A stretch of DNA of 64,000 bases from a virus: IMG/VR virus record IMGVR_UViG_3300027977_000009; one strand, given 5' to 3'. Within the stretch, counting starts at the first letter, position 1. The number at the start of each line of letters is the position of its first letter. Positions 47,396 through 56,805 of this stretch are shown piece by piece. Both the position numbers and the translations under genes were made by a program. The notes under the pieces were generated by a model. That model saw only the letters and a program-made list of their open reading frames with translations. It ran no database searches and had not been told where the DNA came from.

Positions 47396-47968
47396 TTATA
47401 GTTGTTGAAATTGCCCGGTTACCATATGACGAACAGCTAGCAGGGTAAGTGCCGGCTCTTTGCCATAGTCGATAACAATCCTCTTCTGCGGATGCATAAA
47501 CTCAAAGATTGGCGTATAACCATCTGCAATTACTTTACTACAGAAGCCTTCGTAATCCACATCAGATGCATCTACAAACTTCTTGACAAGCTCGTGGAAG
47601 TCTGGAGCGACCATTTTTGTACCATACACGACTTCGCCTTCATGCATAAACGCAGCAATCATTGATCCGTCGAGTTTGGTATCGACCCAATGTTCTTTGG
47701 AGAAGTCTAAATTATGCAACTGCGTCTCGTCTCTCTCGTTGATATTAAAAAACTTGAAAAGAGGACGACGAATGATGTCACCGGTCTCCACATCAAAGAT
47801 GATACCACGACATTCACGGCGAATGTTACAGTCAAACGTATCCCCAAACATCACATTGTAGTTGATGACCGTGTAGCCTTCCTTCTGGGCTACTGTAAAT
47901 TCGGGGCGACCTTCAATCGCCGGCAAAACATCAGATATGTTAGTGATATGCGGGAAATCGTAGTTCAT
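47396..47968 (-). CDS. RNA ligase 1-like, N-terminal part
   Basis: RECRGIIF, KFFNINE, motif I KLDGS, TPIFEF, RIVIDY. Confidence 0.85.
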   Translation of the reverse strand: MNYDFPHITNISDVLPAIEGRPEFTVAQKEGYTVINYNVMFGDTFDCNIRRECRGIIFDVETGDIIRRPLFKFFNINERDETQLHNLDFSKEHWVDTKLDGSMIAAFMHEGEVVYGTKMVAPDFHELVKKFVDASDVDYEGFCSKVIADGYTPIFEFMHPQKRIVIDYGKEPALTLLAVRHMVTGQFQQL

Positions 47969-48022
47969 GCCACATTCCTTATTTCGATCTATAATTCAAT
48001 ATAGATTATCTCTTTAGGAATG

Positions 48023-48235
48023 TCAAGCCCTAAGTTTGTCAAAAATCATATTTTGAAGTTCAGTCTGTTCTTCGTGCGACAAGTAAAAGTCAGTTGTTGG
48101 ATCATAGTAGGCACCTTCTTTTGGATCGTAGTAACTCACTCGACCGTTTGGGTAGAAAAAGGGACCTTCAAGGCCCTTGCGGGCCTGATACTTAGAACGG
48201 AAATCTTGAGAAATGTTCAAAACTTGATAACCCAT
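48023..48235 (-). CDS. Small phage protein
   Basis: GLEGPF...YYDPKEGAYYDPTTDFY; GGAG SD; promoter directly upstream. Confidence 0.65.
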   Translation of the reverse strand: MGYQVLNISQDFRSKYQARKGLEGPFFYPNGRVSYYDPKEGAYYDPTTDFYLSHEEQTELQNMIFDKLRA

Positions 48236-48257
48236 GTCGTGTCTCCGTTTGGGTGTC

Positions 48258-48300
48258 TATGATTCATAATAGCGAGAGACGAATATGAAGTCAACCGAAA
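48258..48300 (-). promoter_or_regulatory. Sigma70-like promoter, copy 2 of the 43-bp repeat
   Basis: Identical to 46407-46449. Confidence 0.85.
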
Positions 48301-48303
48301 AAG

Positions 48304-49398
48304 TTAGAAAAGGTCGATTTTTTCCCAAGGTAAATAGCTTTTTCCGAAATGACCATAGTTAGTAGTACTGCTATAGATCGGAGAAAACAGGTCGAATCGG
48401 TCAATTATGCCTTTTGGAGTTAGGTCGATATTCTTGATGATCCATTCAGTCAAGTCTCTGCTGTCTCTATCACTCTCGACATATACACTAGTAGGATTTA
48501 CCATTCCAATTGCATAACTGAGTTGTACCGTAGCCCAGTCTGCTTTGCCAGAAGCCACTATATTTTTTGCGAGATATCGAGCCATGTATGCTGCTGACCT
48601 ATCTACTTTGGTAGGGTCTTTGCCAGAGAATGCACCGCCGCCATGGGGAGATGATCCACCATATGTATCAACGATAATCTTGCGACCAGTTAATCCGGTA
48701 TCTCCAACGGGACCGCCGATCACAAAGCGTCCGGTTGGATTGATCAAAAATTCAGTATTATTGTCAATTAGATTAGCAGGAATCACCGCACGGATAATCG
48801 TTTCGATGCTAGCTCTAACTAATGCAATATTGATATCGGCATGATGTTGCGATGAGCATACAATTTTCGCGATGCGACTTACTGTGCTGTCATCATTGTA
48901 TTCTACCGTTACCTGACTTTTAGCATCGGGGCCTAACCACATGCCTTCATTAGAGCGGCGAACCTGGGACAATGCTTCCACAATCCTATGTGAATAATAG
49001 ATAGGAGCCGGCATAAAATTTTCAGTTTCTTTACATGCATATCCGAACATCAAACCTTGATCGCCAGCGCCAAAATTGTCAGTGCCTAAAGCAATGTCCG
49101 AACTTTGCTCGTGCATAAAATTAGTGACATTGAGGGTTTTCCAATGAAACCCTTCTTGTTCATATCCAATGTTCTTTACGACACGCCTAACCATATATTC
49201 TAAATCAAGTCCATCGATTTCGCCCTTAAACTCACCCGCGACAACTACCTGATCAGTAGTAACCAATGTCTCACACGCACATCTCAGTGAAGTATCTCTA
49301 TTTGCCATTATCATATCTAGGATGCCGTCACTAATGGCATCAGCAACTTTATCTGGGTGGCCTTCGGAAACGCTTTCACTGGTAAATAGATATGTCAC
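48304..49398 (-). CDS. metK: S-adenosylmethionine synthetase
   Basis: FTSESVSEGHPDK, GAGDQG, GLTGRKIIVDTYGG, GGGAFSGKDPTKVDRS; likely GTG start. Confidence 0.97.
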   Translation of the reverse strand: MTYLFTSESVSEGHPDKVADAISDGILDMIMANRDTSLRCACETLVTTDQVVVAGEFKGEIDGLDLEYMVRRVVKNIGYEQEGFHWKTLNVTNFMHEQSSDIALGTDNFGAGDQGLMFGYACKETENFMPAPIYYSHRIVEALSQVRRSNEGMWLGPDAKSQVTVEYNDDSTVSRIAKIVCSSQHHADINIALVRASIETIIRAVIPANLIDNNTEFLINPTGRFVIGGPVGDTGLTGRKIIVDTYGGSSPHGGGAFSGKDPTKVDRSAAYMARYLAKNIVASGKADWATVQLSYAIGMVNPTSVYVESDRDSRDLTEWIIKNIDLTPKGIIDRFDLFSPIYSSTTNYGHFGKSYLPWEKIDLF

Positions 49399-49450
49399 TG
49401 TAGATAAATCCTCTATCAATAGTTATGCAGAAAACAAAAGTGTCAAAAAT

Positions 49451-52400
49451 TTAGTTTATCCAGCAATCGCAGTTGCAGTTGATTACATGATCAATCGCTT
49501 CGGGAATTGATAATGTTGCAGGTAGTATCGTACTCGTTATAAATCTAGGATCAAGATTTGGTGGAAGATTAACAGGATCGTATTCGGGTGCAGGTTTAAT
49601 AAACGGAACTAATGTTATTGGTGACAATATTTCAGTACTGGGGCCTATTGGAACGCGTGGACCAGAAGAAGGATTGGGGTCGGTACCTAGCAATGGTCCA
49701 GTAATGTCACCAGGTGCAGTGCCTGCAGTGGATTGATATTTCGGTAAATCAGGGTTATATGTTCCGATCGGAGAAGGAGTTAATATATTTCCATCGTCGT
49801 CAATATTACCGGGCCATGATGGTATCGTATAGTCTGTCCCTGTAGTTAGATTGGTGATGCCATCAACTGCACCTCCGATTGTTCCGTTCGTAGTAACTGC
49901 TTTCTGATTATCTGAAGTTGGAGTGTCCGGAATAGAATTATCTAGGTCAAGTCCTGCTAGTGCGAGTCTAGCTTGATTTCTAGATTCTCGCATCATTGCA
50001 ACTAAACTTTGTCCACCGACAGTGTTCAAGTCAGCAAGTGCCTCCAATGTTTGCACAGTCATGTGTGGTCTAGTGTCTTGTGCTGCTGCTGGAAGCGTGT
50101 CTACAAAGTTAGACAATTGGTTTGGGTAGGATGTTGAGAAATAATTCTTTGGGACCGTTACCGGTGTTAATGCCTTATAGCGAGTACGTTGTTCACGTTT
50201 TAGTTGAGCACCGCATATATCCCAATATGCATTCAAGTACACACTTTGCTCTATATTATTTTGATAAATCGAAAAAATCTCAGCATTTGCTTGTGAGATG
50301 TAGCCTTGAACAACACTATTCATCGGGCCGGGCCATGCTACTGTACCTGATATGGTATTTATACCGCCGGTGGCAATTTCTCCTGTCGCGGTAACGGGTA
50401 ATGCCCCAATCGGAGGAGCTTCAATCGTAGCAGTCGGCAATGACGTAGTTTCAATACCAGAAGAACTTATTCTTACTGTGGTTACTTTACCAAAAGTTGT
50501 CATGTCCATATCATCTGTCCCTATCGAGACGATTGCAGTAGCACCCGAACCTCCTGAAATAGTAATAGAAGGGACTGAGGCATTTCCTCGTCCATATCCG
50601 CCGCCAGGATCAGTCACGGTGATTCCGATTATAGTATAATATGTAGTAGGACCAACGGTCCTAGTCGCACAGTCTACCGTAACTTGAGCTTCACTCCATG
50701 CGGTAGCTAGATAGTTTTCTCGGTAAATATTATGTAGTTTATTGGTGCTTACATTTTGTATTCTATTTTGCAGTAATTCCCATGGATAAGGCAAGCCTGT
50801 CAGACATCCGAATGCATCAGACATTGTATATGTACCATCGGGGCCGCTGCCTAACGCAGTAATTGAATTTGCGGCGTCGATTGATATTTGTGCAGTTGGT
50901 TTGCTAGTGCCTGCAGTCAACGGAAGATTAGCGTTGTTTTCTAATCCTTGGATCGCCTTGCCCAATCGATTAATATCAGTAAATTTGATGTTGCGCACCT
51001 GACGCATCGCAAAAGACCAAGCGCCAGCTGCTATCGCCTGATCGAGAGGTATAATATCCCTGAGATATGCGCCGAATCCAATCGGAACATCATTGTAGTT
51101 AGTTGAATTTAATGCTCTCTCGTATGTAGAAGGAACACTAGTTGGAATTTGAATTCCAACATATGTTCTCATTACAGGGGTATCCAATGCCATGTTGATC
51201 GCGCCGCCGTCGTACAATAGATAGTAGGTCTTGCTATTTGTCGGGACTACATCAGCATTGTATATAGGAACAGTCATCGCAGAATAACTAATCGGAAACA
51301 TCATCTTGACATCTAACAAGTCTGATAGCGCAGTCAACCCAAGAGTCTTGCATTGCAGCGGCGCCAATACATCAACTAAATTTTGCCCAGTTATGATCAA
51401 GAATGCACCGTAAATCTTTTGCTCTTGAAGTTTGGTAGGAGTAATTATAGTGCCATCAGAGATATCTTGTATCTCATTAATGTCTAGTTCCGCAGCTAAT
51501 AAAGCTAAGCTCAAATCTTTAGTTAGTCCACCAGCCGTAGTGATTGCCTTCAACAAGTTAGAAGGCAACCCAAACGATTCGATATCTTGCAAGTCGATGA
51601 CTTTACCTAAGTTGATCAGGTCAGTGCCAAACTCGAATGATGAGAGGTTGACACCGGCAATGTCTGCTGTCATTAAATCATTCATATTGCTGTACACGCC
51701 GTCAAGAAACTGGTTAGAGTTACTAGCAACAGAAATTGTTTGATTTTCTTGCGTGATCCACCCTGATATTTGAGAGAACGAATTTGTGAACTCTGAATAA
51801 TTTGGATTAGCCGATGCAGGCTCATCACTGTTCCAATTAAACTCGTTCCACGCTTGTAACGCGTGAAGTCTTAGATACCCCCATTGTGTTACTGATATGT
51901 TTGGATTGGTAGTGTTATACGGAAGCCAAGTAGCTGACTGCCCTTGAAGTGTTATTCCTTCTATTCCATATCCGGACGTAGCTGGTCCCGGCAATGTCGA
52001 CGGATATCCGTTTTGAATTCCATACTGTACTGCTGCGGTTGTCCAGATGCCTGCAGGATCTTCCGCGATATAGGTAGGTGGTTTAGCATTTCCTAGTACG
52101 GGAAGCGTGCCACTACCGATAGAGATCAATTGATCATACGTATCATTTGTTATTGTAGTATTACTGGGAGTAAAAGTCGCGACCATTGAAGTAGGAGTGC
52201 TGACTGTCGAACTAGTACTTAATAGCCATCTACTTCCACTAGTTGTGCCGTCACTATTACTCAGGTTGCCGATAATAGTAGTGCCGGGTGTAACTCCGAC
52301 ACCACTGAGCGCCATTCCTAACTCGATCTTACCTTCCTTGCCCGAAGTCACAGACCCAACTTGAAGTATATCTCCGCTCGCTGATCCTGCTCCACTAATG

Positions 52401-52648
52401 ATGCAATTTGCTAACGTTGCTGTTTTTACAGGATTTCCCGGTTCCCCTCTCGTATAGGCATTGTTGATCGCATATGTCAAACAACGCAGTACTGTATGAT
52501 TGATCAAAGATCCGGGTGTATAAGCAGTATTAGTTTTACTCATGCCCATATACGATGCAGCGACCGGATTAACGTTTAGTCCAATATTACTTAGGAACTG
52601 ACCGAATACGTTCATTCCTAATGGGCTCTGTTTTCCTGTTTCTGCCAT
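49451..52648 (-). CDS. Large virion structural protein
   Basis: 1065 aa, T/G/S/P-rich, VTDPGGGY repeat-type motif, C-terminal CNCDCW. Confidence 0.6.
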   Translation of the reverse strand: MAETGKQSPLGMNVFGQFLSNIGLNVNPVAASYMGMSKTNTAYTPGSLINHTVLRCLTYAINNAYTRGEPGNPVKTATLANCIISGAGSASGDILQVGSVTSGKEGKIELGMALSGVGVTPGTTIIGNLSNSDGTTSGSRWLLSTSSTVSTPTSMVATFTPSNTTITNDTYDQLISIGSGTLPVLGNAKPPTYIAEDPAGIWTTAAVQYGIQNGYPSTLPGPATSGYGIEGITLQGQSATWLPYNTTNPNISVTQWGYLRLHALQAWNEFNWNSDEPASANPNYSEFTNSFSQISGWITQENQTISVASNSNQFLDGVYSNMNDLMTADIAGVNLSSFEFGTDLINLGKVIDLQDIESFGLPSNLLKAITTAGGLTKDLSLALLAAELDINEIQDISDGTIITPTKLQEQKIYGAFLIITGQNLVDVLAPLQCKTLGLTALSDLLDVKMMFPISYSAMTVPIYNADVVPTNSKTYYLLYDGGAINMALDTPVMRTYVGIQIPTSVPSTYERALNSTNYNDVPIGFGAYLRDIIPLDQAIAAGAWSFAMRQVRNIKFTDINRLGKAIQGLENNANLPLTAGTSKPTAQISIDAANSITALGSGPDGTYTMSDAFGCLTGLPYPWELLQNRIQNVSTNKLHNIYRENYLATAWSEAQVTVDCATRTVGPTTYYTIIGITVTDPGGGYGRGNASVPSITISGGSGATAIVSIGTDDMDMTTFGKVTTVRISSSGIETTSLPTATIEAPPIGALPVTATGEIATGGINTISGTVAWPGPMNSVVQGYISQANAEIFSIYQNNIEQSVYLNAYWDICGAQLKREQRTRYKALTPVTVPKNYFSTSYPNQLSNFVDTLPAAAQDTRPHMTVQTLEALADLNTVGGQSLVAMMRESRNQARLALAGLDLDNSIPDTPTSDNQKAVTTNGTIGGAVDGITNLTTGTDYTIPSWPGNIDDDGNILTPSPIGTYNPDLPKYQSTAGTAPGDITGPLLGTDPNPSSGPRVPIGPSTEILSPITLVPFIKPAPEYDPVNLPPNLDPRFITSTILPATLSIPEAIDHVINCNCDCWIN

Positions 52649-52665
52649 ATGCTTTACTCTATCAC

Positions 52666-52965
52666 CTAGCCAAGTATAAGCTTCTTATCGGGTACTACTA
52701 ATCCGGTTGTTGCTTCAACATACTTTGCCTTGATACTGTCGTCCGTCAACGCATAAAAAGCGATATTGCTAGTGTTTAGTCTTACTTCGGCCTTTACTCC
52801 TGCAGTAAACAGACTGGGAACTAATCCTAGTCCTTGAGGTCCAGGAGCGACTGAAACCGGTTGATGTAAAAGGACCTCAGTGTCTTCTACTTTACTTACT
52901 TTAGCGATAACTTCTTCACCGCTATTCATCTTGAATGTCCACACATCTCCGACTGTAATATTCAT
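52666..52965 (-). CDS. Small protein, Sm-like fold suspected
   Basis: TFKMNSGEEVIAKV...Y.EATTGL. Confidence 0.55.
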   Translation of the reverse strand: MNITVGDVWTFKMNSGEEVIAKVSKVEDTEVLLHQPVSVAPGPQGLGLVPSLFTAGVKAEVRLNTSNIAFYALTDDSIKAKYVEATTGLVVPDKKLILG

Positions 52966-52977
52966 AATATATTTCCT

Positions 52978-53211
52978 TTATGCTGCTTCTGCTAAAAATT
53001 TAGCTCTAAGTTCTGTGAATCCGCCGATCAGTTCACCATTAAGGAAAATCTGCGGTACGGTTCGAGCGTTTGGTGCTGCTTCTAGTAAATCTTCTCTAGT
53101 ATATCCTTCACCAATCTTGCGTTCTTCAAAAGCGATACCCCTCTGTGTTAAAAGTGTTTTAGCCTGTACACAGTAAGGACAGTCTGCGCGTGACCAGATA
53201 ATTGCGTTCAT
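52978..53211 (-). CDS. Glutaredoxin
   Basis: CPYC, TVPQIF, IGGF. Confidence 0.95.
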   Translation of the reverse strand: MNAIIWSRADCPYCVQAKTLLTQRGIAFEERKIGEGYTREDLLEAAPNARTVPQIFLNGELIGGFTELRAKFLAEAA

Positions 53212-53272
53212 TTTTTCTCCTTATACATCAATACTTATCGTAACATTAACGGTGACATTTTAATAACTACTG

Positions 53273-54367
53273 TCACAAATTTGGCAGTTGATCGTAGTCT
53301 AACTCGGCCGTCATAGCTCCAATAACATAACTAACCGATTCTGCTTCTTGCAGGGCCGACTGCTTTTTAGAAGTGTCCATGTGCTTATTAAACCATGGAA
53401 TAGGAGTCATCTTTGAAGATGGGTTCCAGTACTTGATTCCAATCTGCTTAAGTGCATCTACCGCGTTGAAGTCTACGAAGTCAATCATGATACGCTCGTT
53501 GAGGCCGATTACCGGTCCCTTCTTGAAAAGATATATAGCCCATTCTTTTTCTTCACGGATGACATCTTCATAAATCTTGCGGACTTCTTGTTCACATTCT
53601 GTCTTAGCAATAACAAAACGACTATCTTCTTTGACAACCTGATTGATCATCCATGCCGTCCACTCTTTGTGAAGCAACTCATCATTTAGTATTAATGAAA
53701 TAATTGCGCCGTTACCCATAAAAATCTTGTTCTCTACCATTGCAAGTGACGTAGCAAACGAAACCATAAAGCGGAAAGCTTCAAGCGCGTATGACGCATG
53801 AAGTGCTAACCAAATTGCATTGATATGTTCTTGCTCTGGTACTTCAATACCAAGTTCTTTCTTACAATTAAGAATATGCAATCTCTCGTAGTAGTTGCCG
53901 ACACTTGCAGCCATATCAATGATCTCTTTAGTATCGTGAATCGTATTGAATACTTCTTTTGGCACATTGTAGATGTTGCGGATAATATGTGAATAGGCGC
54001 GCGAGTGAATGTTAGTTTCAAACGACGACCATATCAATACCAGTGACTCTAACTCTGGGATTGACGCAACGGGTGAAAAGATTTGAACAGGGGCGCGGCC
54101 CTGAATGCTATCAAGTGCGGTTTGCCTTAGCAAGTTACTAGTGAAAATATGACGTACCGTATCACTTGCTTCCTTGAAGTCGTTCGCATCCTTAGATAAG
54201 TTGATTTCTTCAGAAATCCAAAAGAATCCACGTTGCGTTTCTTCAAATTTGGCAAGTTTAGGCTGGCGGTATTCTTCAAATCGCTGAACAGTCACTACGC
54301 CATCCAAAAACATCTTTCGTTTTAGATAATTAGGGACTTCACTGATGTTGTATTGATCTTTAGACAT
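53273..54367 (-). CDS. nrdB: Ribonucleotide reductase class Ia beta subunit
   Basis: FFWISEEI, LDSIQGR, ETNIHSRAY, LEAFRF, DELLH, QEAESVSY; start MSKDQY with TAATG coupling. Confidence 0.95.
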   Translation of the reverse strand: MSKDQYNISEVPNYLKRKMFLDGVVTVQRFEEYRQPKLAKFEETQRGFFWISEEINLSKDANDFKEASDTVRHIFTSNLLRQTALDSIQGRAPVQIFSPVASIPELESLVLIWSSFETNIHSRAYSHIIRNIYNVPKEVFNTIHDTKEIIDMAASVGNYYERLHILNCKKELGIEVPEQEHINAIWLALHASYALEAFRFMVSFATSLAMVENKIFMGNGAIISLILNDELLHKEWTAWMINQVVKEDSRFVIAKTECEQEVRKIYEDVIREEKEWAIYLFKKGPVIGLNERIMIDFVDFNAVDALKQIGIKYWNPSSKMTPIPWFNKHMDTSKKQSALQEAESVSYVIGAMTAELDYDQLPNL

Positions 54368-54987
54368 TAATAATTTCCTGATGCTAGTATGATTTTGGAA
54401 ATATGCTCCAACCTCTCTATGTGTTCGTAAGCTCTCCATGGTGTATTGGCAACCGAGACAACGCCATGACCCTTGATTCCAATTATATCATAGTCAATAT
54501 TACCATCGGTGTCAAGATTAAAGGACTTAAAGCATTCATCGGCAAGGCATTGACTAATGGGAGGAACTTCCCCTACATTTTTACCAACTGTAGTATATCT
54601 ACTTAGTTCAGGAAAATGTTTGACTAGTTCACTAAGTTCTATTCCGGCATGCATTGCTGCAACACAGTAAGTAGGATGAAGGTGAACAACCACGCGAATA
54701 TCATTTTTGTGCTGACCCAGTTGCTTTTGTAATCCAAAATGCAAAGGTACTTCGCCGCTCGGCATTAAGTTCTTACTGATGGCAGTATAGGATATGTCTT
54801 CCCAGATGTTGCCATTAATTTGCAACTTCTTGAACTGGTCTGGCTGTAATGTTTGTTTGCGAACCCCACTAGGTGTAATATAAAAGTGGTCGCGATCATG
54901 ATGTCTAATCGAGATGTTGCCATCTCGACTAGTGATCCAGTTGCGTTTATATGCATCCACTAGGATGTCACAGATTGTTTCTAACAT
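54367..54987 (-). CDS. Class II aldolase/adducin family protein
   Basis: DGNIS, ITPSG, PSGEVPLH, VHLHP, KGHGV. Confidence 0.88.
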   Translation of the reverse strand: MLETICDILVDAYKRNWITSRDGNISIRHHDRDHFYITPSGVRKQTLQPDQFKKLQINGNIWEDISYTAISKNLMPSGEVPLHFGLQKQLGQHKNDIRVVVHLHPTYCVAAMHAGIELSELVKHFPELSRYTTVGKNVGEVPPISQCLADECFKSFNLDTDGNIDYDIIGIKGHGVVSVANTPWRAYEHIERLEHISKIILASGNY

Positions 54988-54989
54988 TG

Positions 54990-56177
54990 TTAATCTCTCA
55001 ATAGGTTGATGATAGTTTTAGCTAAATCTTTAAACCAGCGTTCGTCGTGCCCTCTAGTCGTCTCTGCCGCAACTCCAATACGTACTCCGCTAGTTTCAAC
55101 GAAACCCCTAGTGTCGTTGGGCACGCCGTTCTTGTTGACAGTAATTCCATTTTTTTCTAGCAAGTCAGCAAACTCTCTGCCGCTGTATTTTTCTTTGTTC
55201 AAGTTGAGTGTCATCATGTGACAGTGAGTGCCACCACTAACGACTTCGACGCCGGCGTCTAAGAAGGTTCTTGCCATCGCGTGTGAGTTGATCTTAATGC
55301 GCTTTGCATATATCTTAAACTCAGGCTGTAGTGCCTCGTAGAAACATTGAGCTTTAGCAGCAATGATATGCATTAACGGGCCGCCTTGCGTACCCGGAAA
55401 CACTGCACTATTGATCTTCTTGGAGAATACTTCGTCATTCCAAAGTATCATTCCACCACGGGGACCTCTTAGAGTCTTATGGGTGGTGGTAGTTACTACA
55501 TGTGCGTATGGGAAAGGATTTGGATACTCGTCACCTGCGATAAGTCCTGCATAGTGGCTGATATCAGCGAGCAAAATAGCATCAACAGTGTCAGCAATTT
55601 CACGGAAACGTTGCCAATCAAGTTGTTTACTGTATGCACTGGCGCCAGCAATAAGCATCTTAGGTTTTACTTGCTGTACGATAGCAGCAACACTATCATA
55701 ATCAATCAAGCCGTTGTCATCGACTCCATAGCTATATGCTCCGAACCATTTGCCGCTGACATTCACATTAGCACCATGACTTAGATGTCCACCGCTAGAC
55801 AAATCCATACCAACGATAACATCATTCGGCGTCAAAAATGCTTTGAATACTGCGAGGTTTGCGTTTGCACCGCTGTGAGGTTGAACGTTAGCAAATTTAC
55901 ACCCAAATAATCTAGTGGCATATTCAATAGCGATGTTTTCAATTTCGTCTACGTGTTCGCATCCGTTATAATACCGTTTACCAGGAAGTCCTTCAGCATA
56001 TTTGTTAGTAAGAATACTTCCGCACAGTTGCATGACTTCGTTGCTAGTAAAGTTTTCACTAGCGATGAGTTCGATAGTAGAAGCTTGCCTTTCGGCTTCT
56101 TTTCCTATTACGTTGCTTATTCTAGGATCAATAAACAGATAGTCAGTTTTAGTGTTTAAGTCGTGTTGAGTTGGCAT
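54990..56177 (-). CDS. glyA: Serine hydroxymethyltransferase
   Basis: LIASENF, NKYAEG, QPHSG, GGHLSHG, TTTHKTLRGPRGG, FPGTQGGP. Confidence 0.97.
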   Translation of the reverse strand: MPTQHDLNTKTDYLFIDPRISNVIGKEAERQASTIELIASENFTSNEVMQLCGSILTNKYAEGLPGKRYYNGCEHVDEIENIAIEYATRLFGCKFANVQPHSGANANLAVFKAFLTPNDVIVGMDLSSGGHLSHGANVNVSGKWFGAYSYGVDDNGLIDYDSVAAIVQQVKPKMLIAGASAYSKQLDWQRFREIADTVDAILLADISHYAGLIAGDEYPNPFPYAHVVTTTTHKTLRGPRGGMILWNDEVFSKKINSAVFPGTQGGPLMHIIAAKAQCFYEALQPEFKIYAKRIKINSHAMARTFLDAGVEVVSGGTHCHMMTLNLNKEKYSGREFADLLEKNGITVNKNGVPNDTRGFVETSGVRIGVAAETTRGHDERWFKDLAKTIINLLRD

Positions 56178-56178
56178 T

Positions 56179-56805
56179 TTAATCTTCCAATCCTATTCCC
56201 GCTAGTTCTCTCATTCGTCTGGTGTTAAAATAACTTCTAACTTCTGCTAACATTTCAGTAGATTCCGATAGAACATATTGATATTTGCGGAAATCAGTAT
56301 CATCGTGGGCAAAGTATGTTTTAAGATCATCTGCGTTTTTTATAGTAGTAAACGATTGCCCTGGATTAGTTCTGTCAAATACTGAAACAGAATGTCCCAT
56401 ATCAACTAACCTAGACCAGAGTTTAAACGCGTCCTCGCTGAGGTCAATATCACTTATTAGTTTAATAGATCGGTTGCTATCGTTGAGTATTGCATCGTAT
56501 AAATCCGAAGCGTAAGGTGGTCCGATAAAATCAGGCAGTTTACCTAAAGCCGATACTACCAATCCTTGAGGTCTGATATCTAACACAGCGCCTAACAGAA
56601 TATTTCCGTCTTTTTCATACCAATAATACACCACTTGCTGTCCTTGAATCTTTTTAAGGCTATTTCCCAAATCAATTACAGGAGATCCAGATTTGATTCT
56701 ATCTCTTATACTATACTTAACAGTAGCATACATAGGAAAAGTACCTAATCCCCGTGGCATTTCTGCCAACCAAGTCTCATTAAAGTCAGTTCTGTTAGTG
56801 GTCAT
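56179..56805 (-). CDS. Hypothetical protein
   Basis: 208-aa ORF overlapping the nrdA stop; ends RMRELAGI. Confidence 0.55.
   Translation of the reverse strand: MTTNRTDFNETWLAEMPRGLGTFPMYATVKYSIRDRIKSGSPVIDLGNSLKKIQGQQVVYYWYEKDGNILLGAVLDIRPQGLVVSALGKLPDFIGPPYASDLYDAILNDSNRSIKLISDIDLSEDAFKLWSRLVDMGHSVSVFDRTNPGQSFTTIKNADDLKTYFAHDDTDFRKYQYVLSESTEMLAEVRSYFNTRRMRELAGIGLED

Noticed and set aside
48304-56177. Bacterial chromosome origin suggested by metK, glyA, def and iscA
   Set aside because: These genes are interleaved with, and overlap, phage structural and T4-like replication genes.
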